NCBI RefSeq assembly: GCF_044704955.1
Contig: NC_091984.1
Location: forward strand, 146,878,001-146,942,000
Origin: Pristiophorus japonicus
Lineage: Eukaryota
Reading direction: 5' to 3'
Length of the DNA: 64,000 bases
Shown: piece by piece, positions 61,131-64,000 of the stretch
Numbering within the stretch: position 1 is the stretch's first letter
How the letters are laid out: each line of letters begins with the position of its first letter
The notes under the pieces: generated by a model
Told to the model about the DNA's origin: nothing
The model's input: the letters and a program-made list of their open reading frames with translations, nothing else
Databases searched by the model: none
Position numbers and translations under genes: made by a program

Positions 61131-63306
61131 CGTTGTCTGCTTTACCGTTAGGTTGGGTTTGTGGACTACACCTACCCACCGTGGGGTACATTAGCTCTAT
61201 TGCCATAGGTGATGGTGCTATGGCTGCGCACTGCACTATCCGTCTAGTCCCGTTATCTCTTCCAGCCTGTTTATCCTCGCTTTTAACTCTTCAATTTGTT
61301 TTGTTTGAGTATCTATTACAGAAGCTAGTTCTGTTTTTATTTTTGTTTCCTCTGTTAGGTGAGTCTTTTTTTTAATTAAGAAATCCAAACTATTAATGTT
61401 CAGTATCTTAAACGGCTGTCAATGGAAAGGGTTATCTCCTTTCCAGGTTTGTAAGAAGACCTGATGTCATTACGTGACTTCATGTAATCATCTGAAAAAA
61501 AGTCTTTGTGCCTTCAAAGCTGGCTTAGAAATTAGGAATCCGTTAAACAGCATCAATCATTAGAGTAAACTCCAATGTTTTCTTAACTTCTAATTCAAGT
61601 ACTTGCCAAAGAAATCTTTTTTTTAATTGATTTAAAACGAGACCACACATACAATAGCAATTTTGTTTTCTGAAATTCAATTTTTTTTTAAATTTCTCTC
61701 TTTCTCCTCGTTATCTTCAAAACCCTCCTGCTTGTTTAGACTGTTCAGGACTTTTCTTAATAAACACTGTCCATTTTAGAAATCTTTTCAAACTGCATTG
61801 AAACTTTCTCATAATTTAATATCATTATCAATGTTGAGTGTTTTTTTACCTCTTCCAAATTTTTTTTCTCTTTTCCTAATTAAACCAATATCTTTTTTTT
61901 TTCACAGCAAACATCAAGTAGTATTTAGTAAGTTATGCCTTTTTTCCATCACAAACACATTTTTTTTTCCAGCACTTATTTAGTCCGTTACATCTTTTTT
62001 TTTCTTTCTTCAAATTAGGTTTTGTATTTTACACGGAGGGCCCGTAACTCCATAAAGTTGTTAATTTAAAATTTAAATCCTTTTTTTGTTTTGAGCTAGA
62101 AGCTTTCTTAAAAGGCATTCTTTATCTCATTCCGAGACTAAATTTATGTCTTTCAATCCAATGTAATCAATCATTGCACGTTTTCTTTCGACAAGTAAAT
62201 TCTTTTTTTTTTTAACCACCGTGACCATGTATTTATTATGTTTTACTCAACAAACCTATCCTTTGTACATTTCCGAGCTCCGTAACTTATCATCCGAATA
62301 AATCCACACCTGCGTTTCTAATTTAAAATGTCTTAAAACTTTCCACATACAGAACAACACTACAAAGGGTTAACTAAAATAAACAGACACTTGCATTCCT
62401 CTTCCAACCAGGCTTTCAGAAACATGACAACATAAAAATTCATTCCGCAGTTACAAAATCACACAGGGACTCTCACTCAACGACCAGACATTTACAACAG
62501 TCTCTCTTCTTTCCTTTAAAATTTTGGATCCATTGAAACTTTCAAGGAATTCATAGTTTTATCTAAATAATTCCTCACATAACTTTTGTAGTGGACAACC
62601 GGTATTGTTTTTTTTTTCCGTTCCTTCACCCACCATTCCCGTTAGGTTGCTGACAGGTCCTACCCTGCTCTAATCATTTTCTCGATTAGTTTCACTTGCT
62701 TTTCCGCCAGATGGCGGGTAATGGACCCTTCTGATCCCCACTCGAGTTTACTTGTTTTCATGGTCATTCCTGGGTAGGACTAGTACCGTTAGGAATCTAC
62801 TCTCAGAGGTCCGCTTCCTTCCCAGCGCAACTTGGAGTAGACCGTCTCCTAGCTACTGTCAGGTCACAAGTTCTGCTGTTACACAAACTTATACAATTCT
62901 TAAAACGCGTTTAACCAATTTCCCGCAGTGCTCTACGTATCCTTAACGACTACCTACCACCGCTCGGCCCATTGGTCCGACCCTGTTCACAGGTTTGGAT
63001 TCCGTTAGCCACTGTACACCGCTTGGTTCTACCCTGGGGTGTATTTCAAATTACTCTGCTGGGTCCGGAAGATGTCTTTCAGTATCACGATCCCACGGTC
63101 TAAGTGTGTTCCCGACGCCTACTTGGTTCCTGGCCGTCACTTGGGACAAAAGTCCTCTTAATTCAGACGCAGGCTAGGCGTTTGAGATATTAGATCATCT
63201 CCTCGTGTCGATCAACCAGCTTCCACCTTCTGCACCCTTTATAATTAAAAATCGTTTTTTTATACTCACCCGGGCTTTTTTCAAGGGCGCCCAGCGACTC
63301 CGGGGA

Positions 63307-63324
63307 ATCCTGCCGACTATGCCA
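63307..63324 (-). other. Primer binding site complementary to the tRNA-Ser 3' end
   Basis: TGGCATAGTCGGCAGGAT, 1 nt after the 5' LTR; 17 of 18 match to the vertebrate tRNA-Ser 3' end (AUCCUGCCGACUACGCCA). Confidence 0.88.
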
Positions 63325-64000
63325 TTGTTAGCGTGAATGTTTTCTCAGAAGAATCACTCAACACTCAGAGTCGGTTCCAACGCCAATGCAGCCTTTATTA
63401 AAGCTCAGCGGGGAGGAAGTCTCAGGACTGTATCCAGGCTTCTCTCCACTGAACAAAGGTTTTCATGGATCTTTATATGTTTTACAACAGTTTACTACAG
63501 TTACATACAACAGTTTACTACAGTTACATTAGACCAATAGCATTAGTCTCTAAACGTAAAGTGGCTCATGTGTTGCCAAGAGATGTGTTGCTAAGGGGTG
63601 TGTTGCTAGGGATGACTCATGTGTCTTGTAACATGGCCTGGGCCTCTCTTATCTTACTGTCCTTGGAAGCTGGCATTGGGTAGCCTCCTTATTAGAGTTA
63701 CATATTCGGTTCTTGTCAGCTCGGGCTGATTCATGCCCTCGTTATGTGATGTAGGCCCCTCTTATCTCTATTTCTCGGGGCTCTGCTGTGTGGAGTTACA
63801 ATGGTTTGTTATAGTTATCTTGTATTCAAGGCAGTCCTGGCAGTGGGCCTCACAGGGTTATTGCTCGGTCTGCCTCAGTCAATAGTTCACAGCTTGACTA
63901 CCTGATTTCCCATCATGCCTGGGCAGCCATTTTATGTGTGGCCACTTTAAACTTATATGAGTTTAGATATATTCAGCAGGTGCATAATGCCTACAACAGT

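Larger units (their letters stand above)
58129..63998 (-). mobile_element. Pol-less endogenous retrovirus-like provirus: 5' LTR 63326-63998, 3' LTR 58129-58801, env remnant
   Basis: Two 673-bp LTRs with TG...CA ends (about 18 differences counted by eye); PBS, PPT and splice donor; left flank GTAG and right flank GT at the window end fit a 4-bp TSD. Confidence 0.93.

Overview
Eukaryotic, repeat-rich genomic DNA from a cartilaginous fish (shark-type CR1/L2/RTE/Tx1 LINEs and tRNA-derived SINEs). The only host gene I can support is one complete, unrearranged immunoglobulin light-chain cluster of kappa (type III/NS4-like) class on the + strand. It comprises a promoter (ETS-IRF, CRE, variant octamer, TATA), leader exon 4964-5012, V 5200-5498 with a 12-RSS, a 23-RSS plus J 7194-7228, and C 16523-16851. 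The V has an atypical CDR1/FR3, and the J nonamer is degenerate. Much of the rest is built from direct and inverted copies of this cluster's flanks and J-C intron that have lost V, J and C. The right end holds a pol-less LTR element (58129-63998, - strand; tRNA-Ser PBS, PPT, splice donor/acceptor). Its decayed env resembles a paramyxo/pneumovirus F-type fusion protein (lokiretrovirus-like), and a 37-aa membrane microprotein ORF lies just upstream. The element is inserted head-to-head into the leader of a related provirus. Several solo LTRs and a MITE have recognisable target-site duplications. Family assignments come from motif recognition by eye, not database searches, and repeat boundaries are approximate.
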